DNA from: a virus
Lineage: Duplodnaviria > Caudoviricetes
IMG/VR virus record: IMGVR_UViG_3300042510_000390
Coordinates: 1-47,280 of that record
DNA: 47,280 nucleotides
Reading direction: 5' to 3' (one strand)
Shown here: piece after piece, positions 1 through 9,200 of the stretch
Position numbering within the stretch: the stretch's first letter is position 1
Layout: each line of letters starts with the position of its first letter
Notes under the pieces: model-generated
What the model was told of the DNA's origin: nothing
Database searches by the model: none
Seen by the model: the letters and a program-made list of their open reading frames with translations, nothing else
Position numbers and translations under genes: made by a program

Positions 1-2
1 AG

Positions 3-31
3 TTGACATGTAAACAACATTCATGTATAAG
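3..31 (+). promoter_or_regulatory. sigma70 promoter for portal (probably leaderless), overlapping a palindromic operator
   Basis: TTGACA(3-8)-17 nt-TATAAG(26-31), ATG at 38, no Shine-Dalgarno; operator AGTTGACATGTAAACAA at 1-17. Confidence 0.75.
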
Positions 32-37
32 GCTAGT

Positions 38-2185
38 ATGAATTCATATGGTCTACAAACTCCTGTCTCTGGCAACATTGGTGGAATTTTACCAGTGCAG
101 AATAATGCTGCGTTAAACGCGGCTGAAGACGCTCGCCGTCAAGCAGAGCGAGAAAACAACCAGCCAATAATTCAATCACTAGCTGCACACGTGCGTAAAT
201 GCTGGACTCAAGCGTACACAGCAAAACAACAAACAGTTGAACCACGTATGTTGCAGTCAGTTCGTCAACGTAGAGGCGAATACGACCCAGAAACTCTAGG
301 CGAGATCAGAAAAACTGGCGGTTCAGAAATCTACATGATGTTGACTTCAAATAAATGCCGCGCTGCTAGCTCATGGTTACGTGATGTTCTAACAGGCACT
401 GGCAACGACAAGCCTTGGGGCATCGACCCTACTCCAGTACCAACGCTTAATCCTACAGATATGGAAGGCGTGGCTGCAGAGGCTTCACAAGAAGCTATGG
501 CGATCGAACAAGCCATGGGCGCACAGATTACTACTCCATACCAGATGAAAGAGATTGTTAACCGCATCTCTGACCGCAAAACAGCTGAAGCTATGACAGA
601 TGCGAGAATGTATGCATCTCGTATGGAAAACAAAATGGAAGACCAGCTAGACCAAGGCAACTTTATGGATGCCCTATCTGACTTCACAGACGACCTAACA
701 ACATTCCCATCAGCAGTCCTTAAAGGCCCAGTTGTACGTAACAAACCACGTATGCAATGGGTACAAAACGGTAAGGATTGGACACCTGATGTTAAGAACG
801 AAATTGTTCTTGAGTGGGAGCGTGTTGATCCATTTATGATTTACCCTGCTCCACATGCAACGGATATTAATGACGGGTACTTAATTGAGCGCCATCGTTT
901 AAATCGTTCTGATCTTGTAGACCTTATTGGGGTTGACGGATATTCTGAGAACGCAATTCGTGCAGTGCTAGAGCAATACAACAAAGGCGGCTTACATGAG
1001 TGGCTGCGAGTCGATACACAAAAAGCACTTGCTGAAGGTAAATCAACCTCAGCTATCAGCCAAAACGACGAACGTATTGATGCCCTACAATATTGGGGTT
1101 CAGTACAAGGACGCTGGCTAGTTGAGTGGGGTATGGACAAAAAAGACGTTCCAGACCTTGATAAAGAATACAACTGCGAAATCTGGCTAATCGGTCAATG
1201 GATTATTAAAGCAACGCTTAACTATGATCCGTTCGGTCGTAAACCGTACTACAAAACGTCATATGAAGAGATTCCCGGCGTTTTCTGGGGCAACTCAGTA
1301 GCTGACTTAGTACGTGACTGCCAAAACGTCTGTAACAGCGCTGCACGCGCTTTAGTGAATAACATGGGCATATCATCTGGCCCTCAAGTTTCTGTAAACG
1401 TAGACCGCATTCCTGCAGGTGAAGACGTCACACAAATGTACCCATGGAAAATCTGGCAAACAGTTAACGATCCGTTCGGTAGCTCTGCGCAGCCAGTGTC
1501 ATTCTTCCAACCATCATCTCTAGCACAAGAGTTAATGGTAATCCACAACACATTCTCTGGTTTAGCTGATGAATACTCAGGTGTTCCTCGTTATATGACC
1601 GGCGATAGCCCTGCAGGTGGCGCTGGACGTACAGCTTCTGGTATGTCTATGTTGATGAATAACGCAAGCAAGGCAATGAAACAGGTTGTAAATAACATTG
1701 ACCAGTTCATCATGCGTCCGCTTATCGAGCGTTTGTATTACTACAATATGAAATACGGTAAAGACCCAGAGCTTAAAGGCGACGTGAATATTATTGCTCG
1801 CGGTGCAAACGCAATGATTCAAAAAGAAGGCGCTCAACAACGTCGTAATGAGTTCTTACAAATCGTTGCTAGCAACCCTACATTCAGCCAATTGGTTGGT
1901 TTGCAAGGTATTGCAGCATTACTTCGTGAGACAGCAAAAACACTTGATATGGATACTGACAAGCTAGTTCCTTCAGATGAAGCAATTCGCGCTATGCAGT
2001 TCCAACAAAGCCAACAAGCAATGATTCAACAAGGTTTAGCAGCACAGCAAGGCCAACAGCCGCAGCAAATGCCGCAACCACAACAACCTCAACAACCACA
2101 AGGGCCGATTGCACAAAATGGGCAGACCCTTATGAATGGACAGCCAATAACAGATCAATTCCAGCCAAACAGACAACCGGGGTAG
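38..2185 (+). CDS. Portal protein (podovirus head-tail connector)
   Basis: About 715 aa, first in the head module; portal-like segments (WERVDPF, FWGNSVADLVRDCQ, GRTASGMSMLMN) and a Q/P-rich tail. Start moved from 23 to 38 because 23 lies inside the promoter. Confidence 0.85.
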   Translation: MNSYGLQTPVSGNIGGILPVQNNAALNAAEDARRQAERENNQPIIQSLAAHVRKCWTQAYTAKQQTVEPRMLQSVRQRRGEYDPETLGEIRKTGGSEIYMMLTSNKCRAASSWLRDVLTGTGNDKPWGIDPTPVPTLNPTDMEGVAAEASQEAMAIEQAMGAQITTPYQMKEIVNRISDRKTAEAMTDARMYASRMENKMEDQLDQGNFMDALSDFTDDLTTFPSAVLKGPVVRNKPRMQWVQNGKDWTPDVKNEIVLEWERVDPFMIYPAPHATDINDGYLIERHRLNRSDLVDLIGVDGYSENAIRAVLEQYNKGGLHEWLRVDTQKALAEGKSTSAISQNDERIDALQYWGSVQGRWLVEWGMDKKDVPDLDKEYNCEIWLIGQWIIKATLNYDPFGRKPYYKTSYEEIPGVFWGNSVADLVRDCQNVCNSAARALVNNMGISSGPQVSVNVDRIPAGEDVTQMYPWKIWQTVNDPFGSSAQPVSFFQPSSLAQELMVIHNTFSGLADEYSGVPRYMTGDSPAGGAGRTASGMSMLMNNASKAMKQVVNNIDQFIMRPLIERLYYYNMKYGKDPELKGDVNIIARGANAMIQKEGAQQRRNEFLQIVASNPTFSQLVGLQGIAALLRETAKTLDMDTDKLVPSDEAIRAMQFQQSQQAMIQQGLAAQQGQQPQQMPQPQQPQQPQGPIAQNGQTLMNGQPITDQFQPNRQPG

Positions 2186-2191
2186 TTTTCT

Positions 2192-2413
2192 ATGAGTGAC
2201 GAAATCCACGAAATACATGAAAGAGTCGCCGTACTCGAAGCAAACTACGATTCAACTGTTAAGAAGCTAGATGAGGCTATATACAAGTTGGACGGTATTA
2301 ATACGCAATTGAGCAAGTACCACGGATTTATTGGCGCTGTAGCGTTTATTGTCACAGGTGTTGGTATAGCTTGGAATATTTTTGGCGGCTGGGTTAAAGC
2401 GCACTGGCAATGA
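2192..2413 (+). CDS. Small membrane protein, possible holin or antiholin
   Basis: Coiled-coil N-terminus plus one C-terminal hydrophobic helix; lies upstream of the endolysin. Confidence 0.5.
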   Translation: MSDEIHEIHERVAVLEANYDSTVKKLDEAIYKLDGINTQLSKYHGFIGAVAFIVTGVGIAWNIFGGWVKAHWQ

Positions 2414-2595
2414 AGCAAAGTGTAATAAACAAAGTTAATCAATGTAAGAAATGCTTATCGTATTACACGGAAGGCGTTGAAGGTGACGACGGTATTTGTG
2501 ATGCATGCTTTGATGCTGACATAGACCCAGTAGTCGATGAAGACGAAGTTATAGAAGAAGCAGACCCACCGGACATAAACATTCAAAATGATTAA
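2410..2595 (+). CDS. Hypothetical CxxC..CxxC acidic protein
   Basis: CKKC and CDAC motifs; ATGA overlap with the upstream gene and short overlap with the endolysin. Confidence 0.5.
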   Translation: MKQSVINKVNQCKKCLSYYTEGVEGDDGICDACFDADIDPVVDEDEVIEEADPPDINIQND

Positions 2596-3001
2596 TAGCC
2601 GCGACCCAAACGCACTACACCCCAAAGTAAAAGAATTATGTGTCGATTTTATCGAGAAATGTAAACACGAAGGCATTGACGTGATTATTACATCGACATA
2701 CCGTGATCCAGAGTCACAAAATGCGCTATACGCACAAGGTCGAACAACACCCGGAAAAATTGTTACAAACGCAAAAGCAGGTGATAGCTTCCACAACTGG
2801 AAAGTAGCATTTGACTTCTGCCCTATCGTAAATGGTAAAGCTCAATGGAATGACGGAGAGTTATTTGAGCGATGCGGAAAGATCGGTGAATCTTTAGGGC
2901 TGGAGTGGGCTGGTCGCTGGGTTAAGTTCAAAGAGCTTGCACATTTTCAGTTTACTTATGGGTTATCACTCACTGACTTCAAAGCTGGGAAAACATTTTG
3001 A
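2588..3001 (+). CDS. Endolysin, M15 family (L-Ala-D-Glu peptidase-like)
   Basis: TYR..Q..LYAQGRT, SFHN...AFDF and ELAHFQ zinc-peptidase motifs. Confidence 0.9.
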   Translation: MINSRDPNALHPKVKELCVDFIEKCKHEGIDVIITSTYRDPESQNALYAQGRTTPGKIVTNAKAGDSFHNWKVAFDFCPIVNGKAQWNDGELFERCGKIGESLGLEWAGRWVKFKELAHFQFTYGLSLTDFKAGKTF

Positions 3002-3192
3002 ACAACAAAGCTTGGTACAAAAGTAAAACTATCTGGTTTAACGTCCTTGCAGCCATGGGAGCAGCTCTTGAGGCATCGCTTAGTGTTATTCAAGGTGAGA
3101 TTAACCAAAACGCTTATTTAGCTCTGGTCGTTGTAGTAGCCGGCGGTAACGTTATCCTGAGATTTATATCAACACAGGGCATAGGAAAATAA
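2998..3192 (+). CDS. Holin
   Basis: 64 aa, two hydrophobic segments, WYKSKTIWFN N-terminus, between endolysin and spanin. Confidence 0.7.
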   Translation: MNNKAWYKSKTIWFNVLAAMGAALEASLSVIQGEINQNAYLALVVVVAGGNVILRFISTQGIGK

Positions 3193-3716
3193 TGTGGGGA
3201 AACATAGTACCGGTGTTCAATCAGTATCGTGCGGCCTTCATTGCAGGGCTTCTGGCTGTTCTACTCACGGGTGCCTTTATCGCAGGATGGAAAGTAGAGT
3301 CTTGGCGGTGGGCAGCTGCAGAAGAGAAGCGAATGGAGCAAGCAATAGTCCTTCAACTGGAAACCCAAAAGAAGACGTTAGCGCTGCAAGCAGTAGCCGA
3401 TAACACACAACAAGGGGCCGTCAACGCGGTTAAAAGTGTATATGAATACTATTCGAGTCACCCTACTATTAAGTACCTTGGTAATGACTGCGTGCAGCAA
3501 TACAACGCTGGTAAAACCTTGCCCAGTATTACCGAAGCCACCAACAGCAATAACACAGCTTCCGCCGACAATGGACACACTACCGTTGGAACTACAGAAG
3601 CAATACAAGTAATACAACCAAACCTATTAGAGCGCTGCGCTGAAACAACAGTTCAAGCACTCCAATGTAGGCAATACGTTCTAGACCTCACTAAGGAAAC
3701 TAACAATGGCAACTAA
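3192..3716 (+). CDS. i-spanin (Rz-like)
   Basis: N-terminal TM helix, coiled coil, C-terminal cysteines; contains an embedded lipoprotein ORF. Confidence 0.75.
   Translation: MWGNIVPVFNQYRAAFIAGLLAVLLTGAFIAGWKVESWRWAAAEEKRMEQAIVLQLETQKKTLALQAVADNTQQGAVNAVKSVYEYYSSHPTIKYLGNDCVQQYNAGKTLPSITEATNSNNTASADNGHTTVGTTEAIQVIQPNLLERCAETTVQALQCRQYVLDLTKETNNGN
3442..3612 (+). CDS. o-spanin (Rz1-like lipoprotein) embedded in the +1 frame of the i-spanin; not in the ORF track
   Basis: Manual translation MNTIRVTLLLSTLVMTAC-SNTTLVKPCPVLPKPPTAITQLPPTMDTLPLELQKQYK: signal peptide, lipobox Cys, Pro-rich body. Confidence 0.8.
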   Translation: MNTIRVTLLLSTLVMTACSNTTLVKPCPVLPKPPTAITQLPPTMDTLPLELQKQYK

Positions 3717-3825
3717 GTTTGAGAAGTCAAAAAAAGACAAAGAACCTAAAGGTATGAAGGAAGGTTCTAAGCGCGAAGAGGCTTACGACAAGAAACAAGG
3801 TAAAAAACCAACCAAGAAATGCTGA
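3706..3825 (+). CDS. Small Lys-rich protein (39 aa); not in the ORF track
   Basis: MATKFEKSKKDKEPKGMKEGSKREEAYDKKQGKKPTKKC with AAGGA RBS. Confidence 0.6.
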   Translation: MATKFEKSKKDKEPKGMKEGSKREEAYDKKQGKKPTKKC

Positions 3826-3828
3826 TAC

Positions 3829-3860
3829 TTGTTGACATGTTAACAAGATAGTAGTATAAG
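3829..3860 (+). promoter_or_regulatory. sigma70 promoter plus operator for the head genes (probably leaderless)
   Basis: TTGACA(3832-37)-17 nt-TATAAG(3855-60), ATG at 3868; palindrome TTGTTGACATGTTAACAA at 3829-3846. Confidence 0.8.
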
Positions 3861-3867
3861 GCAGGTA

Positions 3868-4104
3868 ATGAATAACGAAATTGCTCTTTATAGAAGCTTG
3901 ATGATTATCCGAAATTCGGACGAGTTCAAGGCTTATCGAGAATGGCTAGAAGACCAGCGTGAGAAATCACGAGATCGGCTCGAAACCACTACCGAAGAGA
4001 CTGTGCTTAGACAAGAACAAGGTGCATCACGTGTATATAAGACACTAATTGGGAAAATCGAGGACGCCCCAAAGACCCTCGAAAAACTCGTAGACCGTAA
4101 ATAA
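3868..4104 (+). CDS. Small head-module protein upstream of scaffold
   Basis: 78 aa helical protein with LRQEQG motif; position immediately before scaffold. Confidence 0.65.
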   Translation: MNNEIALYRSLMIIRNSDEFKAYREWLEDQREKSRDRLETTTEETVLRQEQGASRVYKTLIGKIEDAPKTLEKLVDRK

Positions 4105-4162
4105 GCTGAACACTTCTAACGAAACTCAGTAGATATAGCCGGCACGAAAAGGAGAATAGACA

Positions 4163-5125
4163 ATGGATCAGGACTTGCCAAAGGCAATTCAGAACGAGCT
4201 TGCACAAGCTGAAGCGATTGAGAAACAACTGGCAGACGAAGCGGCTTCCAAAGTAGGAAATACCGAACCAGAACCAGAACCAACGCCAACTGAACCCACG
4301 GAAGTACCCTCTGAACCAAAACCAGCTGAAGAACCTAAGCCAGCTGTGGATGCGGAATGGAAACAGCGTTATGACATCCTTCAAGGGAAGTACAACGCAG
4401 AAGTACCAAGGTTACATGACCAACTGAAATCTCAAGGCGATGTCTTGCAGCAACTTCAGCATGAGCTAGAAGCGCTTAAAAACAAACCAGCAGAGCCACA
4501 ACAGCCTAAAGAATCACTGGTAACTGACAAAGATGAAGAAACATTCGGATCAGATTTAGTTGACCTTGCAAGACGCGTCTCACGAGACGAAGCTTCGCAA
4601 ACACTTCAACGAATCAACATGATTGAAAATGCGATTCAACAGTTAATGCAGCTTTCACAGAAAGTAACCGCAGTTGAAACTAACCAAGTACAAACAGCGC
4701 AAGATAAGTTTTGGACTTCGATAGCAACAGCAGTGCCGGACTGGAAAGAAATTAACCACGAAGCGCAATGGTTATCATGGCTAGCTGAGTATGACATTGT
4801 AGCTGGCAAGACACGACAAGAAAGCCTAGACGAAGCTTCACAACGTTTAGATGCAGACCGAGTCGCTGGATTGTTCAAACTATGGAAAACTCAATTTAGA
4901 CCTGCAGAACCAGTTAAATCAAATACCGATGCAGAACTCTCTCGTCAGGTGGCTCCACCTAAACAAGGTGCCTCCTCTGTGCCGACACAACAGAAAATTT
5001 GGACAGGTGCAGAATATGAACGAGCATACGACCCACGCTTAATTACACAGATGTCAGCCGATGAAGTTGATAGTCTACAAGCCGAGGCCGAACGTGCAGT
5101 CCAAGAAGGACGAGTTCGTTGGTAA
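4163..5125 (+). CDS. Capsid scaffolding protein
   Basis: Acidic, P/E-rich linker, coiled coil, LQGKYNAEVPRL, C-terminal AVQEGRV; precedes major capsid; AGGAG RBS. Confidence 0.75.
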   Translation: MDQDLPKAIQNELAQAEAIEKQLADEAASKVGNTEPEPEPTPTEPTEVPSEPKPAEEPKPAVDAEWKQRYDILQGKYNAEVPRLHDQLKSQGDVLQQLQHELEALKNKPAEPQQPKESLVTDKDEETFGSDLVDLARRVSRDEASQTLQRINMIENAIQQLMQLSQKVTAVETNQVQTAQDKFWTSIATAVPDWKEINHEAQWLSWLAEYDIVAGKTRQESLDEASQRLDADRVAGLFKLWKTQFRPAEPVKSNTDAELSRQVAPPKQGASSVPTQQKIWTGAEYERAYDPRLITQMSADEVDSLQAEAERAVQEGRVRW

Positions 5126-5156
5126 TTAGGTTGGAGCCATAATAAATCATTTTGAG

Positions 5157-5174
5157 TTGTTAACACGTAAACTA
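5157..5174. promoter_or_regulatory. Palindromic operator adjoining the capsid RBS
   Basis: TTGTTAACACGTAAACTA, running into AGGAG. Confidence 0.6.
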
Positions 5175-5185
5175 GGAGAATTATT

Positions 5186-6166
5186 ATGGCAGCAACATTT
5201 CCAGTAGTATCACCATTTAATACAAGCCCATCTTACTCAGGTGCGTTTATCCCGACCCTATGGTCTGCTAAATTGAACGCTAAGTTCTACAAAGCAACTG
5301 TATTCGGCGAAATCGCTAACACAAACTGGGAAGGTGAAATCAAGGGTATGGGTGACAAGATCGTCATCAACAACATCCCAACACTTTCAATCAACAACTA
5401 CAGCTCTGGTACAGCGTTGTCATACGAAGTTCCAGCGCCAAGCACATTGACTATGAACATCGACAAAGGTAAATACTTTGCGTTCCAAGTGAATGATGTA
5501 TTGGCATATCAAGCCGAAATCAAATTGATGGATACATTCTCAAACGATGCATCTATGCAAATGAAGATTTCTATTGATAGCACTGTATTGTTCAACACAT
5601 TCAGCGGCGCAGCAGCAGCAAACAAGGGCGCTAACGCAGGTGTTCAATCTGGCGGCTACAACTTAGGTACTGATGCAAGCCCAATCGCTTTGTCAGCAAC
5701 TAACGTTCTTTCAACAATCACATCATTGTCTTCAGTATTGGATGAGCAAAACATCCCTGAAACAGATCGTTTCTTGTTGATTGACCCAGCTACTCGTCAA
5801 TTGTTACTAAGCTCAAACTTGGCACAAGCTCAATTCATGGGTGACAGCCAATCTGTGTTGCGTAACGGTCGTATCGGTACTATTGACCGCTTCACAGTAT
5901 ATGTATCAAACAACTTGCCACGCGGCGCAGCTGCTAAAACATGGGCATCTGGTGATGGTACAGAAGGTAATGCTACAGGTACTACAGAAGCGAAACGTCG
6001 TGCAATCGTTGCTGGTCACAAATCAGGTATCAGCTTCGCTTCACAAATGACTAAGGTTGAAACTGTACGTAACCCATCAGACTTCGGTGATTACATCCGT
6101 GGCTTGAATGTGTTCGGTTACACAGTAACTAAACCAGAAGCATTAGCTTACGCTGTTGTAGCTTAG
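5186..6166 (+). CDS. Major capsid protein
   Basis: 326 aa; FIPTLWS, EGEIKGMGDKIVI, IRGLNVFG..VTKPEAL; strong RBS; followed by a terminator. Confidence 0.9.
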   Translation: MAATFPVVSPFNTSPSYSGAFIPTLWSAKLNAKFYKATVFGEIANTNWEGEIKGMGDKIVINNIPTLSINNYSSGTALSYEVPAPSTLTMNIDKGKYFAFQVNDVLAYQAEIKLMDTFSNDASMQMKISIDSTVLFNTFSGAAAANKGANAGVQSGGYNLGTDASPIALSATNVLSTITSLSSVLDEQNIPETDRFLLIDPATRQLLLSSNLAQAQFMGDSQSVLRNGRIGTIDRFTVYVSNNLPRGAAAKTWASGDGTEGNATGTTEAKRRAIVAGHKSGISFASQMTKVETVRNPSDFGDYIRGLNVFGYTVTKPEALAYAVVA

Positions 6167-6180
6167 TTGTAAGAAATAAC

Positions 6181-6205
6181 GGGTGGGGGTTCTCCCCACC
6201 CTTTT
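6181..6205 (+). terminator. Rho-independent terminator after capsid
   Basis: GGGTGGGG-GTTCT-CCCCACCC-TTTT. Confidence 0.8.
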
Positions 6206-6224
6206 ACCAATCAGGAGAATTTAA

Positions 6225-6503
6225 ATGGCACAAACTTTAGAGTCCGTATTGAAACAGCTTGGCAGTGATGCGAGTTTAACTGGCGGACGAATCATTGTTT
6301 ACCGTGATGGCAAACACACAGACGTAGGTGGTCTTGGACTACATGACGGCGTGTTTAATTTAACAGAACAAGGTATCGCTTTGTTAGGTGAAGCTCCAGC
6401 GGAAGAAGAGCCTAAGAGTTCAGGTAAGGGTAAGAAAGCAGTAGAGAAAGCCGTTGAAGTACCAGAAGAAACACTAGCTGAAAAGCTAGATGCCTTGGAG
6501 TAA
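6225..6503 (+). CDS. Hypothetical protein
   Basis: 92 aa ORF with AGGAG RBS. Confidence 0.7.
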   Translation: MAQTLESVLKQLGSDASLTGGRIIVYRDGKHTDVGGLGLHDGVFNLTEQGIALLGEAPAEEEPKSSGKGKKAVEKAVEVPEETLAEKLDALE

Positions 6504-6506
6504 TAC

Positions 6507-6836
6507 ATGTCATATACCATGCAAAACGTAGTTGATAAAGCGCGAGTCCCGTTAAACGACGCGGCTAAAGACCGTTATACCGACGACGCTTTGCTTGGGT
6601 ATGCTAACGATGCAATTTTGGTTCTACGTAAACGTAGACCAGATTTATTTCTAGGTCGTTGGGCAGTTTTGCCAAACGCTTTAGCGCTCACAGACGCGTT
6701 CCCTGTAGCAGACGAGTATGTGCCAATCATGGCTGATTACGTCGCCGGTCGCGCAGAGCTTGTTGATGATGAAAACGTGGATAACTCTCGTTCATCAGCG
6801 CTTATTAACTCGTTTATTAGTGGGATTACAACCTAA
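6507..6836 (+). CDS. Head-tail adaptor-like protein
   Basis: RVPLND...RYTD..LLGYAND..RRPDL pattern typical of podovirus adaptors; position. Confidence 0.65.
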   Translation: MSYTMQNVVDKARVPLNDAAKDRYTDDALLGYANDAILVLRKRRPDLFLGRWAVLPNALALTDAFPVADEYVPIMADYVAGRAELVDDENVDNSRSSALINSFISGITT

Positions 6837-7474
6837 TGAAACTATGGGCTGACTTTTTTGATTATGTGTTAGCGGAACTTCCGGGAGTACCGCAAGACGT
6901 CGCTACGCTTCACATTAGAAACGCAGCTATAGATTTCTGTGACCAAACCGGCGTTTACGTATATGGCGCTGATCCGATTGATATTCAATCTGGCGAAGCA
7001 GAGTATGACTTAGAACCTCCATCAAGTAATTATGATGTTGCTCGCGTTGGTTCAGCATGGGTTGAGACAAACGAACTAACCCCAATGGGTGAAGATATGC
7101 TCAGAACCAAAATGATTAACTGGACTGAGCAAAAAGGTTATCCGCAAGGCTTCATGCATACTAACCCAAATGAGATGCGCCTTGTTCCTATCCCTGATAG
7201 CAATATTAGTGGGGCCTTAAAAGTCCGTTTGGTACTACGTCCAGCAAGAACAGGCCGAGGCGTAGAAGATTGGATATTTAATAAATACGTGGAAACGATT
7301 GCGTCAGGCGCTAAGTATCGCCTTGCATCAATGCCACAGAAACCATGGTCTAGCGCAGATGTAGCTAGCTACCACGGCAAGATGTACGAAGCAGGTATCC
7401 AAGCCGCAACTTCAGATGCATCTAAGAGCTACACCCGCGCAAAACTTCAAGTGTATTTAACTAGGATTGTATGA
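6836..7474 (+). CDS. Adaptor / tail tubular A-like protein
   Basis: AAIDFC..T, LVPIPD and MPQKPWS motifs; TAATG coupling to the previous gene. Confidence 0.65.
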   Translation: MKLWADFFDYVLAELPGVPQDVATLHIRNAAIDFCDQTGVYVYGADPIDIQSGEAEYDLEPPSSNYDVARVGSAWVETNELTPMGEDMLRTKMINWTEQKGYPQGFMHTNPNEMRLVPIPDSNISGALKVRLVLRPARTGRGVEDWIFNKYVETIASGAKYRLASMPQKPWSSADVASYHGKMYEAGIQAATSDASKSYTRAKLQVYLTRIV

Positions 7475-7632
7475 GCGAATTTAAATTAGGCAGTGAGCCA
7501 AAGTCCATGCAAATCGAAGCCGTAGTTATTCGTGCTAACGGTAAGCGTGAAGACCTCGGTGTTATTTCATACTGGAATAGGAATCCTCTATTACGGGCAT
7601 GGTTTTGGGTAAGAAATATTTTTAGGAGATAG
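7471..7632 (+). CDS. Small hypothetical protein (53 aa); not in the ORF track
   Basis: MSEFKLGSEPKSMQIEAVVIRANGKREDLGVISYWNRNPLLRAWFWVRNIFRR; ATGA overlap; fills the gap. Confidence 0.6.
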   Translation: MSEFKLGSEPKSMQIEAVVIRANGKREDLGVISYWNRNPLLRAWFWVRNIFRR

Positions 7633-7634
7633 AT

Positions 7635-8024
7635 ATGGCAACAGTATTTGCAAATGCCGGTAAAGCGATCGTATCCGGACGATTACTAGGTGCAACGCCT
7701 TCACAGGCCGAGCCAAAATATTTAGCTTGGGGTACAGGCGCAGGTACATCAGCAGTAGCTGACACTACTTTGTTTACTGAGACAGCTCAAGAAGCACGCA
7801 CTACATGTACAACCAGCCAAGTTACTACAACTTTGACTAACGATACGTTCCAAGCAGTTGGCACTATCACTGTTGCTACCGCAGCTAAGACAATTACAAA
7901 CGCAGGTTTGTTTGACGTTACAACATCTAGCGCAGGTAATATGTTGATGAAAACAGACTTTACAGGTATCGCATTGAACGTGGGTGACTCTATCCAGTTC
8001 ACAATGAAGCTTCAATTTACTTAA
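7635..8024 (+). CDS. Virion/tail structural protein
   Basis: Thr/Ala-rich beta protein (YLAWGTG..DTTLFTE, ITNAGLF, GDSIQFT); AGGAG RBS. Confidence 0.65.
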   Translation: MATVFANAGKAIVSGRLLGATPSQAEPKYLAWGTGAGTSAVADTTLFTETAQEARTTCTTSQVTTTLTNDTFQAVGTITVATAAKTITNAGLFDVTTSSAGNMLMKTDFTGIALNVGDSIQFTMKLQFT

Positions 8025-8030
8025 GCCTAA

Positions 8031-9200
8031 ATGCTTAATAGTTACTTAGTAAATGCGGCAGTTGCTAACGGTACTGGTACATCCCAGACAACCGTATCAG
8101 CCATCGCATTTGCTAGTAGCGTTTCGTTTTACAATAGATTATGTACAGCATTTAGAATAGGTGCTGTAAGTAGCAGCAACAGTTTATTTCTTACTCGATT
8201 TGTAAAACCGGTAGCGTATACAAAACAAGCAGTTTCATCCGTATTAACAGGTCGATATGTATACAGATCGTTTGTAGCTACAGTAAGTAATGTTTTAAAA
8301 GTTGCTCTATACGTAGCGTATACCGCAGCGACTGTAGCTAGTAGCGTTACAGGCTATTTCAAATATGTGCGCAGCATATTTACGTTGCCAGTATTTAGCG
8401 CCGCAGGTAAGAACGCTTTAGACTATAACCCTATTGATGGGTTTGTGATGAATGGCTTTGCACTAAATGACGGCGTAACTAACTACAAAGAAGAACGAGT
8501 AATTATCGGAATCATTGTACAAGCTATAACTTCTGTTGCAGCGTCTACAGTTAGATATGTAAGTAGGTTCTTTAATACCCTAGCAAGTAATACGCTAAAA
8601 GTAGTTAAGTCGTGCCAAGTTTCATTTAAAGCTACGGTAGAAGAGTTACAAGCAGTTATTAAACTAGCTAGATTGATAGAAGTCGCTGTGGCATCAGAAG
8701 CAGTAACGTACATTAAATTTTTACGTGTAGTGATAGCTACGCTTGTAGCCGGCAGTTCGGTCAAAGCGATTAAGATGGTTAAACTTCCATCACAGGTAGC
8801 CGCAGCTTCAACTAAATACGTATCCAAGAAGTGCGGACTAATAAAGAACACAGCTGCATATACGCTTAACGAATTAGTACGAACAGTTGGAAAACCTATT
8901 AAAGTTACAGTTTCAAACACAGCTACAGCATTTAAGCTACGGGTTGTTGAACGGATAGTATCTACAGTCGTTAAAGTTTCTTACATTAGATTTATGTGGA
9001 ATTACTCTTCAGTAATCACCATAGTAAAAGCCTCAAGAATCAGATTGGCATTCTTGGTCGGAGTAAGAGTATTAAGCCAATGGATTATTGGATTGTTTAG
9101 GTCGAATACAACCTACGTATGTGTTAACATGTCAACAATACACGTGGTAGACAAATACGATCCGATCGTTGTACCACCAGAAGATACGGAGATTGTGTGA
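8031..9200 (+). CDS. Putative virion protein, basic and V/A/S/T-rich
   Basis: 389 aa ORF in the tail module, coupled to the next gene. Confidence 0.55.
   Translation: MLNSYLVNAAVANGTGTSQTTVSAIAFASSVSFYNRLCTAFRIGAVSSSNSLFLTRFVKPVAYTKQAVSSVLTGRYVYRSFVATVSNVLKVALYVAYTAATVASSVTGYFKYVRSIFTLPVFSAAGKNALDYNPIDGFVMNGFALNDGVTNYKEERVIIGIIVQAITSVAASTVRYVSRFFNTLASNTLKVVKSCQVSFKATVEELQAVIKLARLIEVAVASEAVTYIKFLRVVIATLVAGSSVKAIKMVKLPSQVAAASTKYVSKKCGLIKNTAAYTLNELVRTVGKPIKVTVSNTATAFKLRVVERIVSTVVKVSYIRFMWNYSSVITIVKASRIRLAFLVGVRVLSQWIIGLFRSNTTYVCVNMSTIHVVDKYDPIVVPPEDTEIV

Noticed and set aside
2000-2185. CAA/CAG-rich stretch as a DNA repeat element
   Set aside because: It encodes the Q/P-rich portal tail; no regular repeat unit
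3194-3403. 69-aa ORF as the o-spanin
   Set aside because: No hydrophobic signal peptide or lipobox; 3442-3612 fits much better
3829-3846. Operator as a host LexA or Rex box
   Set aside because: Does not match CTGT-N8-ACAG. It resembles Rex geometry (TTGTGAA-N4-TTCACAA), but the centre is conserved here and the context favours a phage regulator; not fully excluded
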